Below, piece by piece: positions 24,735-37,848 of a stretch of 64,000 nucleotides of DNA. The position numbers were made by a program, and so were the translations under genes. The number at the start of each line of letters is the position of its first letter. Within the stretch, counting starts at the first letter, position 1. Below the pieces are notes generated by a model. That model saw only the letters and a list, made by a program, of their open reading frames with translations, ran no database searches and had not been told where the DNA came from. Source of the stretch: Lama glama (lineage: Eukaryota); NCBI GenBank assembly GCA_028534125.1, contig CM052817.1:101248001-101312000 (forward strand). The letters run 5' to 3'.

Positions 24735-25390
24735 TGAGTTACTATTTTCTCCTTATCAGATTAGCAAATATTTTAAAATAATACTGTTGGTGAAGGCATG
24801 TGTCTTAATAGCACACCTTGCTAATGGCAATGTAAATTGGTACAGCCTTTTAAAAAATTAGTTGGCAATATTTTACTCTCTTGAGAGTCCTAGGAAGGTT
24901 AATACACCTTGACTTGATAATTTCACTTACAGGAATCTATGCTGATAATACAGAGGTGTGGACAAAGATTTGTGTTGAGCAATTTCATTGAAGTTTTACT
25001 TATAATAGTTGAAAATTTAGAAGCAATCCACATGAGAATGCTATGAAAATTGGTTGCATAAATGATATATCAATTACTGGAATATTCTGGAGCTTTTAAA
25101 AATATGTTTTCAAATAATTTTACTGATATTAAAATGCATATTCTATATAATATGTTTTTAAAAAGTGAGTTCCAAAATTATGTGTATAATAAAAATATGC
25201 ACAAGGGAAAAATAGAAAGAGACAATAAATGGTAAGGTCATTTATTCATTTTGCAAATTTTTATTAAGCATATCATATGTTTGGCAACGCATTTATCTAT
25301 TGTTAGTGGGTCTATGGATGATTTCCATTTTATTCTTTATGCTTTGCTAAGTTTTCCAAATTTTCTAGAGCATTTAATTGCTTTATATCC
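24735..25390 (+). mobile_element. Ancient L1ME-like fragment
   Basis: 'atcagattagcaaa...tgttggtgaagg...aatgtaaattggtacagccttt...ggcaata'. Confidence 0.6.
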
Positions 25391-26674
25391 AAAATATGCA
25401 TTTTAATAAATTCTTCCCACCTTTTAGGGCCCAAACCCACCCTTCCGTAAAGTCTTCCCTGGTTACGCTATTAGGAAGTGATCTCCAGCTTTCCAGTGAC
25501 TCTTTCCTATCGGTCTTAACACGTGTGGTCTTGAATTGCAGCCACTGTATGTATGATGCTCATCCCAGCTGGGTTAGGAGCTACCGAAGAACAGGGACTA
25601 TGGTTTAGACGGCCTGAGTTTCTAAGCAAAAGCCTGGCTCTCTTTCCCACCTTCCAGAAAGGCTTTCCTACTCCTTAAACCAAATGGGTGATTTCTTCTT
25701 ACTCTGAATCCTCAAAACAGCTTTTTATGCCTCTTTTATTGGAGGTCCGCTCTGCTTTCGATGATGATTAATTGTGTTTGTCTTGGCGCCTCATTTGTCA
25801 CCCAACTCCTGATCATGGGAGACGAATCTTACTCCTCTTCGTACCCAGAGCTGTGTCTTGTGTAAAGTGCGTGCTCAGTAGACAGGGGATGGACCTATGA
25901 CTGAATGAGCACAGGCTCTTTTCTGCTATTTCCAACAGATGCCTTCCCCCAATTTCTAATCGGAAGAGTTGCAGACCGCTGGACAGGCTCAGGGACAGAC
26001 GGGATAAGAGACTGTCCACAGAGACTAAGCAGACCCAAAGCACTGAGCAGTGGTCATCATGAAATGCAACCCACCGGATAAACCTGCCCTTAGCCCCGCG
26101 ATGCCCCAAATACTGCTCTTAAGCTTCTCTCTGGGACCTGAGAACTTTATCAGTGAAGCATTCACCTTTTTTAACCATTTCACAAACTCACAGAAATTAA
26201 TTCCCCCAAAGAATTCCCCTCTTCCAGTCATACACTGAATAGCATAGATTTGCCTTGTTACCCAATTTCATTCCCGAAGCCCCCAAAGGTGGGTCATTAA
26301 GAGAAAACTTTAAAATCAAGGATGGCATAGATATAATTTTAGAATAAAAAATACAATTAAAGAAAGAAGGCCCATCATTCAGTTCCATTTAGCACGTGTT
26401 TATTATGCTCCAAGTGTTTGCAAAGCCTTGTCCTGGGCTCTGAGGATGGTCTATAGGTTAAGTAGGACATTGATCTCATTCATAAGCTCTCACTATAGCG
26501 GCTCTGACCCTGTAACAGGAGAGGGAGAAGTGCAGTGGGGGAGAGGCTGGAGAGGGAGGTCCCTGCATGGTACTGCAGGACTCTGGCTGGGACTGGATAG
26601 ACGTGAGAAATGAATGGAAGGCTGCTGGTAGTCCTGCTCAATTGTGTTAGCGGTGGCCATTGATACTTTCGGTC

Positions 26675-27544
26675 TGTAACCAGGAAATGTAACATGTGGG
26701 TGTCAAAGGGTTCAGAGCACAAGTTCCAACATTTGTCTGGGCAGTGGGTCCCCCCACATCACCAAGCAGTTCTCTGTGACACCAGCAGGGTGTCCTATGA
26801 TTCAACTCAATTCTGACACTGATATCTGGAGATAGCATCGGACCACACAGGTTAAGGGTTTGGTTTCACAAGACTGCACTTCCCCCACTCCTCCACTGTC
26901 CTTCCACCACGTTTTGAGGCCAGTCACAAGTCCCGATGGTCACCTGTGCTTCTGACCAACCGCCTATAGATGGGAGGGTCTGACAACTCCCTCCTTGGGT
27001 TCCATTAATTTGCTAGAGAGGCTCACAGAACTCAGAGAAACATCTTACTTACTGGATTATTGGTTTATTATGAAAAGATATCACTCAGAAACAGACAGAT
27101 GGAAGAGATGCACAGGGCAAGATATGGGAAAAGGGTGCAGAATATCCATGCCATCGGAGTGCACCACTCTCCTCAAATCTCTCCAGCTGTCCACAACCTG
27201 TAAGCTCTCCAAATTCCGTCCTTTTGAGTTTGTATGAAGGCTTCATTATATAGGCATGATGGATTAAATCACTGGCCATTAGTGATTGATTCAACCTTCA
27301 GCCCCACTCCTCCCCCCAGAGGTCAGGGTGTGGGACTGAATATTCCAACCCTCAAATCACAAGGATGGTTCTCCTGGCAACCACTGCCTCATCCTTAGGT
27401 GTGGCCCAAAAGGTGCCTCATTAACATAACAAAAGACACCCTTATGGCTCTCACCTTAGGAACTTCCAAGGATTTTAGGAACTCTGTGCCAGAAAGGAAA
27501 TGAAGACCAAATATGTATTTCTTATTATAAATCATGATATCACA
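26675..27544 (-). mobile_element. MER21-family (ERVL) LTR
   Basis: Ends 'gaccaaatatgtatttcttattataaatcatgatatcaca' (reverse of the MER21 5' end); 'attaatttgctagagaggctcacagaactcag'. Confidence 0.8.
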
Positions 27545-27769
27545 GGGCGGGATTCCAATAGAATAGAAAGGCTTTAAGAGAAAACAAACCCAAAACCGAA
27601 GTTCTAAGGCAATCTTGGAGAGAAGATGTGATATGAGACAGGTTGTTACAGAAAGAAAAAATAGAATAAGATGGTATTTAACAGAATCCAGTGCACCTGT
27701 CAATGTTCTTAGCTACTGACAATGCTATTCTAGTTAGTTTGAGCATAAATGGAATTTATTAAGGAATAT

Positions 27770-28818
27770 TAAAACACCATCAGGAAAGTGAAAGAACAAC
27801 CTACAGAATGAGAGAAGATATTCTCAAATCATATTCTGGTAAGGGACTTGTATCCAGAATGTAAAAATTAAACAATAAAAGATACATTTAAAAAGACCTT
27901 TAAAATGGGCAAAGAATGATGAGTGCACAACAATGTGAATGAACGTACTTAATATCACTGAACAGTACACGTCAAAATGGCTAAAATGGGAAATTTTATG
28001 TTACGTATTTTTAACCACGATTTTTAAAATTTTTCTTTAATAGGTAAAGATTTTAATAGATATTTTTTCAAAGATACACAAATGGTCAATAAACACATGA
28101 AAAGATATTCAACATTATTAGTCACTAGGGACATGCCAATCAAACCCACAATGAGATACCACTTTACACCCACGAGGAAATTAGAACCCTCACACTTTGC
28201 TAGTGCTAGTGTAAAACGATGTAACTGCTTTGGAAACCAGCCTGGCAGATCCTCAAGTTTTTAAAGATAGAGTTACCCCGTGACCTAGTAATTCTACTCG
28301 TAGATATCTAACTAAGAGGAACAAAAATATGTTCATACAAAAACTTGCACACAAATGTTTATAGCAGCATTGCTCATACCAGCCAAAAAGTGAAAACCAT
28401 CCTCGTGTCCAGCTGATGAACAGGTAAACAGAATGTAGTTTGGCAATGTTATTTGGCAACAAAAGGAATCATGGACTGATACATGCCACCAAATAGATAA
28501 ATCTTGAAAAAGTTTTGCTCAGTGAAAGAAGCCAGACCCAAAAGGCCACATGGCGTATAATTCCATGTACATGAAATGTCCACAGTGAGCATATCCACAG
28601 AGACACAAAGTAGATTAGTGGTTGCCGGAGGCTGGGATGGGGTGGGAAATGGGGGAGTGACCACTGGTGTGTATGAAGTTTCTTTTCAGGCTGATGAAAT
28701 TGTTCTGGAATTAGACAGTGGTGATGGTTGCACAACCTTGAAAATATACTGAAAACCAGTGAATTGCAGACTTTAAATGGATGAATTTTTATAGTATGTG
28801 AATTATCTCAACAAAGCA
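27770..28818 (+). mobile_element. Old L1MB-like 3' region with a nested L1 tail (about 27918-28025)
   Basis: 'aagggacttgtatccagaat', 'cacaatgagataccact', 'gtggtgatggttgcacaac', 'gtgaattatctcaacaaagc'. Confidence 0.85.
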
Positions 28819-29553
28819 TTGGTTTTTTGTTTTTTTTCCTATTTTTAAAGAATGTTACCTGGCTCAGAGAATCTCTAAGAAATCCAGAGAATTAGGCTTG
28901 GCTGCTATCCCGCTGAGAACAATGCCTAAATTGTACCACGGAATGGCTCCAGGGTGAGCCGGGGTACAGGTCCTCGGGGCACAGGCCCCGGGGAACTTTG
29001 CTCTGCTGGCCCAGAGCCTCCATATCTTTCCACCAGCCTCTACCACCTCCCAGAAAACACCTTCTCTAGGGTCTGCTTTCCCGTTTTGCTTTCATCCAGA
29101 CTGAAGTACAGTGTCTGTCCACCAGATTCCAGAGCCTGGGCCATCTTTTCGAGCCCTAAATCTAAAGAAGGCGGAGAAAGCCGGTTAGGCGTGGAAGGCA
29201 AGTCCCCTCAGTGAGTTTACTGAACAATGATTTTAGAGTCGCAGAATATGGAGTTAATGGGCCCTTTGAAGTTCATCTATTCTGACCACTTGGTCTAACG
29301 ACTGTCACACTGCCAAAGGCCATGGCAATTTCTATCTTTATGTGCTTGACTTTGTAAGCATTTGGCAACATGAATCACTCCACACTTAAACATTTCTCCC
29401 CCTTCCATGTTGGTGGGTCTCCTCCCTTTTCCCTTTCTAATCGTTTTCCTCTGACTTTTCACCCAGAACTCTTCTCTTTGCCCACTGAAAACTGGGGTTT
29501 CCCCTCATCTCCATATTCAATCCTGCCCTTAATAACTTAATTCACACTGTGAA

Positions 29554-30008
29554 TGTGATGGGTTGAATGGTGTCCTCCACAAAATCCATATGTCGAACTG
29601 CTAACAGCCAGAACCTCAGAATGTGACTTTATATAAACACAGGGTAATTTCTAAGCAGGAGACAGAAATAAGGGCAGATGTCATTGGTTACAATGCGATC
29701 ATACTGGAGTGGGGTAAGCCTCTCACCCAGTATCACTGGTGTTCTTATAGAAAGGGAACACCTGGACACAGACGCTCATATCAGGAGAAGGCCACGTTGA
29801 TTGAAGTTATGCTGCCAGAAGCCAAGAAACTTCCAGAAGCTAGGAAAGAGTCCTGGAACAGATCTGAGGGCTCCCCTGGCACCCAGAGGGAACATGGCTC
29901 TGTGGACACCCTGATCTTGGAGATCTAGCCTCTAGCATTGTGAGCCAGCACATTTCTGTTGTGTAAGCCACTCAGTTTGTGGTACTTTGTTGTGGCAGCC
30001 CTAGCAAG
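29554..30008 (+). mobile_element. MLT1B/C-type MaLR solo LTR, inserted in an L2
   Basis: 'tgtgatgggttgaat...aacctcagaatgtgac...taagccactcagtttgtggtactttgttgtggcagccctag'. Confidence 0.85.
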
Positions 30009-30099
30009 TGTTGGGACTTTTCTTTAGTCCTGTATTTACCTTCTCCTTATCAGTGGACAATTGCCTGATTTATATTTTTAGCTCATAACACTGAAAATA

Positions 30100-30970
30100 T
30101 CTACAGATCCACGTGGCTTGTCTTGCTTGCTGGGACATTTGCATCTGGATATTCCACAGAGACCATAAACTCAACCTGTCGAAACGCAACTCATCACTTC
30201 TCTGGCTGGTCCCGCTTGCTCCTCCTCCTTCTCTTGTTGCTTCTGGTGAATGTCGCCCTCCATCCCCCGTGTTGCTCATGTCAGAAAAACCTGAGTGATA
30301 GCATACAGCTTTGCTTTCCTTTGTTACCAGGCATCAAATCCTCAAGGTTCCACCTCTCTCATATCTTTGGAGTCTTCCTTGTCCAACTCAGCCCCACCTT
30401 CACTCCCTTCCTAGGCTGTCTTCCTTCCAGATGCGTTCCACAACAATCTTTCTGAAACACAAACCTAATCAAGTCACTTATCTGCTTAAAATTCTTCAGG
30501 GAGCCTCCAACAATCAAATCCCAGAGTTTGGCAGATAAGATCTTTATGGTCTGCCTGCTTGCCACCCTGGATAACCCCATCTCCCACCTTTGCACTCATC
30601 ACCTGCTTTCTGCAGCCACCCAGAAGCTCAGATCTTCCTCCTGCCTCTTTTCATTCTATCTCATGCCTGCTCAGTCTTCAAAATGCAAATGCAGCCACCT
30701 CTGGGAAGCCTTCTTTGATTTCCAGCATGATTTAAAACCTGCTTCTGTGTTCCTGTAACTCTCTAGACATAAACTTTATCGCAGCAATTTCACCATGCCT
30801 TGAAATTGTCAGTCTCCACACCCTCCTTCCCTCTCCTCACCCTCCCCTTCCCTCCCTCCCTTCACCCCCCCCCCACTAGTAAGGCACTCGAGAGTAAAAA
30901 CTTCAGGCCTTTTCCAAACTTCCTTTTCTTAGTCTAGTGCTCGGCACTTAGGAGGCACTCAAATGTTTTT
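30100..30970 (+). mobile_element. L2 LINE fragments
   Basis: 'tctggatattccacag...ctcaacctgtc', 'tctttctgaaacacaa...tctgcttaaaattcttca', tail 'taggaggcactcaaatgttt'. Confidence 0.6.
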
Positions 30971-31329
30971 AGGAGGAAGGAAAGGGAAGCGGGGAGGAGA
31001 GGGGAGACTCCCTACCCCACTTATTTCACAGGGTGAAAAATAAGACCATGAGAGGCAGCAGTTTCTCCTCGTTTTAAGGGCTGATTGTGTCCTCTTTGAC
31101 TCATTGTCAGAATTTACTTAAACGCAGATTTTTTCCCACTCTCATATTCAGGACTTGTGATTGCTTTCAGTAATGAACTGTTCTGTCCTGGAGGCTGGCT
31201 AGCCCCTTGCCGCGCTCTCAGCCGCGTCAAACTGAAGTCACTCCCCTGAACGGACCACAGTCTGTAGTGTGTTTACAGGCTGGGGGGTGGGTTGGGGGGT
31301 GGGGGGATGCGTTTTCTGAAGCAGCCCTG

Positions 31330-32100
31330 AGAACCGCGTCCACCCTTTTTCTACGCCACCCCCCCCCCACCCCGCCACCTCCCCGGGCTGCGATTGGCGG
31401 TGCCCCGGGGGGGGGGGCGGCCTCCTGAGCCTGCAGTTCGCGCGCGGGGAAAGCGGTGGGAAACGGGGCGCCAGCTTGCGTGTCGTCTGCCTGCTCTTTG
31501 TGCGGGGATTAGTCGCCGCGCCAGGTCCGGGAACGCGGCGGGCGCCGGGCGGCGTGTAATCCAGGATTTGCCGCGGCCGCGCGGTTTATGGAAAACAGAT
31601 GTCTCAGCCCTGGGCCTGAGCAAAGGATGGAAGTGACCGACCCGAGAGCCTCTGGGAAGCGAGGACACCGAGCTGAGGCCCTTCGGGATCCAGCTGGGAG
31701 GCGGCTTGCCTTCGGCCCGTCCGCTGTTGCCGCTTCAGCCTAGAGCTCGAAAGTGCCAGGCAGTGCCGCCACTTCTCCCGCCGCGGGCCGTGCGCGCCTC
31801 TTCTGTCGCCGAGCGGGTCGCCGTTGCGCAGTAAGTCGGTCCTTGCTCGGCTCCGGCCCGGGCTGTGCGTGCGCAGTTGCGGCCGGTGGGCCGGACCCCG
31901 GCACTTGGTGCCCTCCCCCCGGGCCAGGCCCGCGTGGACCGAGGTGTGCGGACTGGCGGAGACGCCGCTTCTGGGTCCCCCGGGGGAGGGGGGACAGGCT
32001 GCCACCCCCCAGTCCGCCCGGTCCCCGGGGGCGGGGACCCTCTGCCAGTCCCGAAATGTGTGCGCAAAGCCTCGGAAGCTTTCACGTCGTTTTGCACTGA
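31330..32100 (+). promoter_or_regulatory. Major CpG island promoter
   Basis: Highest CpG density in the window; ATTGG 31393, E2F-like TTCGCGCG 31437, ETS GGAAGTG 31629, NRF1-like TGCGTGCGCA 31866. Confidence 0.85.
31630..31830 (+). other. Probable non-coding first exon (5' UTR) C; start approximate
   Basis: Consensus donor GCA|GTAAGT after 31830 inside the CpG island; no ATG between 31630 and 31830. Confidence 0.6.
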
Positions 32101-33080
32101 GGGAAAAAGAAAAGAAGATATTCTGCAATCTAAAGCAGTAGATTTAATAATTGTTGAAAAGATGGGCCTTGCTCTCTATGGTTTGGTCGTTTGTTCCTCT
32201 ACAGCCCACTACTGAAATCGACGTTCTTTTTAATTAGCTTCCCCTCTGCTTCTCTGCTTAGCTTCAAACTGCGGTTCTGGCATCTTAGAGGAGGGAGATG
32301 TTGAGTTTTGAGGGTTTTCGGGGCTCTTTTTGATTGTTGTATGTATTCTGAAAATGTATGCCCCATGTTGAAAACTGCACGCTGCGGCCAATTAGGTAAG
32401 AGGCTGGGAATGGGGAGGAAGTTTTATCATATGAAATGCCTGTCAGATCCAAAGCAAAGCGTTCTATGAATCCTAAATTGGTTTCCACCTGTAATCCAAC
32501 CCCAAAAGCAACTGGTTTCTTCATCACCCCTTCACTCCTCCTAGAATTCACCAGCCTTAATTTATGAAACAGAGACACCTTTAGATTCAAATGCTTTTTA
32601 AGTGGTTAATTTCAAATCCCCTAGAGTCCCAGACATCTATAGAGTAGGTGAGCCCCTAGGGCGGGAGGGGTTCCTGTGACCCCTATGCACACCGAAGCCT
32701 TTTTTTTCATGAAAGAGTTTTTAGCCGATTTTCCTCTAAAAATGGAGAGTAACTTTCCCATCAATGATTTGGAAATCTAGTTATGGGCTTGTTGCACGGC
32801 TACGTGTATTTCCGGGTTCCTTTACTACGAGGTGGAAGGGAGATTGTGCTTGGTTCACTACCTCCCTGCTAGACTGACCTCTAGTCTCAGATTTCCACAG
32901 GGTTTCACCCTTGGGAGACCTGATACCGGACCTGATACCTGCCTTTTTCTGTTGAAAGAAACAAAAGAGCAGGAATGACTCAGAGCCCCTTGGCTACCAC
33001 AACCTTAACCAAAGATGCAAATTGCTTGATTGGATTCTTTATGACGCACATCACTTTATTTCCTTCCTCTTCAAATTTAG

Positions 33081-33205
33081 GTACATCTGGCAATGACGGA
33101 TCAGTTTAAAACACCAGCAAAAGCTCTACCTCCCTCCTCCCTTAGAGTAAACACCGATTTGGTTGAGTCCGGCATGGGCACCTACAATAATGAGATGTCT
33201 TCGTG
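33081..33205 (+). other. Candidate alternative non-coding exon
   Basis: Pyrimidine tract 'ctttatttccttcctcttcaaatttag' ending at 33080; possible donors GTG|GTGAGA (33205) or CAG|GTACAG (33235). Confidence 0.25.
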
Positions 33206-33437
33206 GTGAGATCATTCAGTCATATTCTGGACCAGGTACAGGAAGGGTAGCCCCAGGCTTCCTTACTCACCCCTATGTTTGAACATTCTTTTCCCTGTAC
33301 CCTCCCTTTTCTTTCCACCATTTTCTATGCTCTTATTTAGCTCCTTACTGTGACTATCTTGGATCATGGAATCTAGGCTATTATTACCTTTCAGTGTCAA
33401 GTTTGTTTAGATGACAGTGTCCCCTTGTCAGTATTCC

Positions 33438-33548
33438 TTTTTTAAAAAAATGAATTTTTACTTTTTTTAATGAAAGTGCTGGGCGTTGAACCCAGGACCT
33501 TGTGCATGCTAAGCATGCGCTCTACCACTGAGCTATACCCTCTCCCCC
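33438..33548 (-). mobile_element. vic-1-type SINE
   Basis: 'gttgaacccaggaccttgtgcatgctaagcatgcgctctaccactgagctatacc'; TSD cagtattc. Confidence 0.9.
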
Positions 33549-34204
33549 TCTTAGCAGTATTCTTAGAACATTTTCCCGAATCTAGCCTTTATTTTCCTGG
33601 AAAACTCTTTGTGTATGAAATCCTCCACTGGAAATTCCATTGCATCTTTCAAAAGTAAATGTGGCACCTACATCTTGAATTATTTTTCTGGCATCGTTAT
33701 TTTAATGTTGACTTGCATGCTTTCCTGATCGTCTGGTCAGCTTGTTTTTTCTACTTCCTTTTGAAACATAAGTGGAAAGAACTGCTCATACTAGGCACTG
33801 AATATAAATGGGTTATGGAGTCTCCCTGAGAATTAACAGCATACACTCGGATCTTTTCTTTGGTCTGCCCTTGGAATTTCTGTCCACTGCTTACTCTAGA
33901 AAGAAGCTAGATACTTATCTTGGGGCTTGGGAGTGATCTGTTTATTTGGCCTTTTCTGAGCAGCAGTAACTCACCACCTCTCCAGCTTTTGTGGTGACAA
34001 TTCGGCCTGTCAACAGAGATAACCCAATCTGGTAATACAGCAATGCCCTTGAAAAACATCATCTTGAAATCCTGAAATCTGGGAAGATAACATTATCAGA
34101 ACTTTCTCGTCTCTCCTTCTTACTCCGTGAAAAATGACACTGCTTGGTTTACGCCAAATCTATCTTATATTATAAATTCCCAGCAAACAATTTTAGCTTG
34201 ATTT

Positions 34205-34331
34205 GTTTGTTTTGTCTTTTCTTGGGTGGGGGGATAATTAAGTTTTATTTATTTAATTGGAGGTACTAGGGATTGAACCCAGGACCTCTTGCATGCTAAG
34301 CACGTGCTCTACCACCGAGCTATACCCTCCC
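34205..34331 (-). mobile_element. vic-1-type SINE
   Basis: tRNA-Ala-like body; TSD tagcttgattt on both sides. Confidence 0.9.
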
Positions 34332-36099
34332 TCTAGCTTGATTTATACAGGATCTAAAGGCTTGTGCTGGCAGGTGCTGGTAAGATTTTTTTTTTCTTTC
34401 CCAGTGTCTAAGTCTTTCACCTCCTTGGTCAGGTTTATTCCTAGGTATTTTGAGATGCTTTTGATGCTGCTGCTAATGATGCAGATAAAGACAATGACGG
34501 TTTTCCTTTTGGGTTTCATGAAAAAATGCATTCCAGGGTATCTTTCTGAGGGGCCCCTCTGAGACTGTTGTCTTAAAAACCTTGAGTCAAGGCTGAAGTA
34601 CTGTCATCTGTGTCACCAGCATTATTTCTTGGGCTCTTATGTGTTAGACCTTAGGACTGACCAGCCAGTTGGCAAGTCTGAAAATGTCCTTGCAAGTTAT
34701 CTGTGAGTTTAGTTTATTTTCTCTGAATGAGAATGGTAGGTCTTTGATACGACTAGTATTTGCTCTGAGTTAGAAGAATTGGTAGATGCAAACTTTGAAA
34801 TAGACAGGTAGAGGAGAAATGAAGGAGAAGTAGGTCTAGACGCTGAGCCAACTGTTCACTAGTCACTCAGCTTTTTTTTTTTTTTTGAGAGTTGAGTGGA
34901 AATTCAACCTCAGAAACTGAGCCCTTGTTGGCAGATATTTTGTCTTATGAATACTCATTCCTTCCCATGTAAAACTATTGTTTTTACATATCCTGCCTTT
35001 GAGTCTCATCTTAATCCTTGAACAGAAATCGCCTCTCCCTAGAATTTCCAATACATTCTTCTTTTTCATAATAACATACTGGATGTGTAGGTGAAATTTA
35101 TTTAGACAGAAAGGCTGGCCAGGAAGATTAGGACGTGTCCTTGAGTCAAACAAAAACACTGTGTCTGTCAACATCTTTATTAATTTATGACAGTTTAGAA
35201 AGTTCTCAAATAGAGGCTGTGGGACTGGTTCCCTTCCACCCTAACAGCAGTAAAGTGAATCAACACGCAGACTTCTGGAACCAAAGCCATTTGTACAAAT
35301 ATGCTGGAGGCGATTGGAGTTATGGGAGCTGATTAGCCTTTTAAATCACCATCTCCTTATTGTAAATGTTTTTCAGGTTTCAGAATGTCTGCTGTATGAG
35401 GAGTGTTTTTGCATGTAAATGTAGCCACCAACCTAATCCAAAATATCAAGAGAGGCATGAAGTCTTGCTAACCTGTTCAGCTTCCGTTAGGATCAGGATT
35501 CGCCTTTTAGGACCCTCATTGCTGACTTTCAGGGATGATGATTTTGAGGACTAAGAGGCAAACAAAATGGAAAGGCTCTCAGATTAACACTCTTGAAAAG
35601 AGAGATCTGACATAAGACCAAAAATGTGAAAGATTAGACACCGTTTCGTTGAGGTGGTTCTGTCCAATCAGGTAGACGAAAGGAAAGCTGTTTCAAGCCC
35701 AGTCTCCCAGCCAGCAGGATTTATTGAACAGATACTATGTTTCAAGCCCCCTGCTTTATGATCTGAAAAATACAAGAGTATAAAAGGCAGAGCATAAGCC
35801 CTGAAGGAGTTTTCAAGCCTTGGAGGTACCTTTGGACATTCACAAGCATCCTTCTCCCACCTGTTCACTGATTGCCTCACCTGGGAAGCCAGGTCTAGGG
35901 CTGTGGTAGGACCCTCTCCTGTAGTTCAGCTCAGATTCCTGAGGGAGTCAAGATGGCCCCTTGACCTGAGAGTTGATTCTTTTAGCAGTGAAAGGTGTGT
36001 TCCTGGCTCTTCAGCACCACCTGGACAAAGTGACACTTGCTACCAACCCCAAAACTCCTTTTCAGTATATGGTTCTATATATATTGAAATCCTTAATTC

Positions 36100-36247
36100 T
36101 CTTTCTTTTTCTTTCTTTCTCTCTTTCTTTTTAGTGGGGCGGTAATTGGGTTTACTTATTTAGTTTTAGAGGAGGTACTGGGGATTGAACCCAGGACCTT
36201 GTGTATGCTAACCATATGCTCTACCACTTGAGCTATACCCTCCCCCC
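36100..36247 (-). mobile_element. vic-1-type SINE (CTCAAGTGG variant)
   Basis: 'ggggattgaacccaggacc...ctctaccacttgagctataccc'; TSD gaaatcct. Confidence 0.9.
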
Positions 36248-37760
36248 GAAATCCTATAATATTTCTTCCCCAGCCACCGAGCAGTTCAACAGTGACCAGA
36301 CTAGCACCAAAATGACCCATCCTGGGGGCATTGCTGGAGGGTAATATAACTGTCCTTCAGATTCGCCTTAATTAAGAAGACAAGATCAGGTCTCTTTAAT
36401 CATGAAAATAACCTCTCAGACTAAACAAAGACAGAACTGTCTCTTGCTGACCACATACAATTTATTTAAATTAGTGTTAGACATTCTACAGTGGTGTCAA
36501 AGCTATATTATAAATCTGCCTAAAAGAATGAGTTTTCTGAGCCTTTGCTTAGAGATAAAAAAGGCATTAGCCACACTGAAGGGGATTTACATCTAGTTAG
36601 CCTGCCTGGACGGCCGGGCACAATGGGAGGGTCCACGGCCATCTTTCTAGCTGGGAAGCCTGTCTTAGTTATCATTCTGCTGGGACTGGAGATAGTGAAC
36701 TGGAAGCACAAGATGGGGAAGGGAAAGGGCTAGAAACTGCAGGACTCAAAAGAAGTGGGGCTTGGGGTCGGCTCTGTAGTTCAAGGTTAAGGGCGCGGTT
36801 TGCTTTAGCCCCAGGCAGTGCTGGCTACATACAGCTCAGCGTGCAGTCATCTCCATGGTGTTGGTGCTGGTGGAGTGAAACGTCTCATTGTAGGTCTGGG
36901 ACAGCTGGTTCCCCTGTATTGTTCAGCATATGTCTAGGGCTCCCTCTGCTTCCCTCGTATAATGGATTCTGCTAATAATTGCCAGATGAGCCAAAGAAGG
37001 AAATTATAAAAGTTAACCCCTTATGAAACTTAAGCACATGTCCGGGATACCCCCTTCTTTTAGCGTGAGCAATCAGGAGTCACCCACGGAAAGTGAATAA
37101 AAAGGTACTCGAATGGGTTGAATGTTTGCAGCTTGATCGCTGCAGAAAAGAAATGGCAAAAATTAGGTGTCTTTCTCGTCTTAATCTTAGCCAGTAATGA
37201 AGCCACTGATCAAAACCACACTTAAATAGTTACAGAACGTGGTCTCCAGATGCCTGGTACCATTAAGAAGAAGTCTTTTTTTTTTTTTTATAACAGAACT
37301 TTGCATTTTAGAGAATCAACGCCTGCCAGTACTGTTGTGCCACAGACTCTTTACAACAAATGAGCCTCAGATGACAAATGCTTTCTTCTGCCCCAGGTCA
37401 CACGGAAGTCACACAGTGACTTGTTGTACAATAAAGTGATGTGACGGGGTGCCGTTTGCTTAGAGGAAGGATGGGCAGAGGTTAACTGCAGTCTTCTTGC
37501 TGTTTTTCCTTATTTTCAGCCATCAAGTAGCATTTACCCTTTGAGTGTCATCCATCCCCTTCCTCCCCAAACTCTCAATCCAGAAACCAGAAGTACAAAG
37601 TAATTGATGCCTGAAGGCTAAAACCCACTCAAGCTGCCAAACCACCCACCAAAACAACATGAAAAGATCAGGGAGCCTGAAACAGGAAGGGGTAGGGGGA
37701 GGTGTTCTATGCAAAGTCCTCCTTTTTCCTGTGACATTTACTGTAATGTCTCTGCTTCAG

Positions 37761-37781
37761 CTACAGACCCTGCAGAAGAAG
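37761..37781 (+). other. Candidate 21-nt microexon (alternative longer form 37520-37781)
   Basis: Acceptor tctctgcttCAG|, donor AAG|GTATGT; second strong acceptor tgtttttccttattttCAG| at 37519. Confidence 0.4.
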
Positions 37782-37848
37782 GTATGTTTTATTCATTTTT
37801 AAAACAATATCATGGAAAGAAAAAAAAATTGGATTTCCTCTATAAGGC

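Noticed and set aside
31630..31830. Assigning a gene symbol to the host locus
   Set aside because: No coding exon lies in the window; the CHD9 resemblance is an unverified impression, so no symbol is given
31351..32215. Overlapping 105-174 aa ORFs on both strands (similarly at 19957-20598 and 57915-58220)
   Set aside because: Expected stop-codon scarcity in CpG islands; Arg/Gly/Pro/Ala-rich with no recognisable domain
35535..35610. ATGATGA...CTGA at snoRNA-like spacing
   Set aside because: No terminal stem, no internal C'/D' boxes and no recognisable guide
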